Of a DNA stretch of 64,000 nucleotides, positions 63,879 to 64,000 are shown one piece after another; the stretch's first letter is position 1, and each line of letters starts with the position of its first letter. The DNA lies in assembly GCA_024137785.1 (NCBI GenBank), contig JAHRHZ010000018.1, forward strand, positions 51,012,289 through 51,076,288, written 5' to 3'. Source of the DNA: Ginglymostoma cirratum. Taxonomy: Eukaryota. The notes under the pieces are model-generated. The model was not told the DNA's origin and searched no databases. It worked only from the letters and a program-made list of their open reading frames with translations. Made by a program: the position numbers and the translations under genes.

Positions 63879-64000
63879 ATATTCGAACAACAGTTTATTT
63901 ATCTGTGTTATATGATGAGCAGAAATAATGGGGAAATTCCTCCTCGAACTAAGTGGAATAAATTATTCATCTGTGTAACTGTGGAACAAAATAAAATAAA

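Overview
This is AT-rich vertebrate genomic DNA with no recognisable host protein-coding gene, so it is probably a large intron or gene desert. The repeat families point to a cartilaginous fish, most likely a shark (inference): HE1-type V-SINE, Deu-domain SINE, CR1, L2, Tx1, three Penelope-like families, Gypsy and Harbinger remnants. A large part of the window is decayed, often nested, transposon sequence. The rest is apparently unique sequence with several enhancer-like blocks. Most ORFs in the supplied track are chance ORFs or TE fragments. Best leads: (1) seven Penelope terminal-repeat copies with hammerhead ribozyme motifs, two with intact cores; (2) a Penelope inserted into another Penelope, giving a 205-codon chimeric GIY-YIG ORF; (3) a perfect 15-bp palindrome in a CR1 copy that looks like a template-switch scar; (4) a triple nuclear-receptor half-site array; (5) candidate conserved non-coding elements. 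I found no convincing wholly new biological system. Family names come from recalled motif similarity, not database searches, and most boundaries are approximate.
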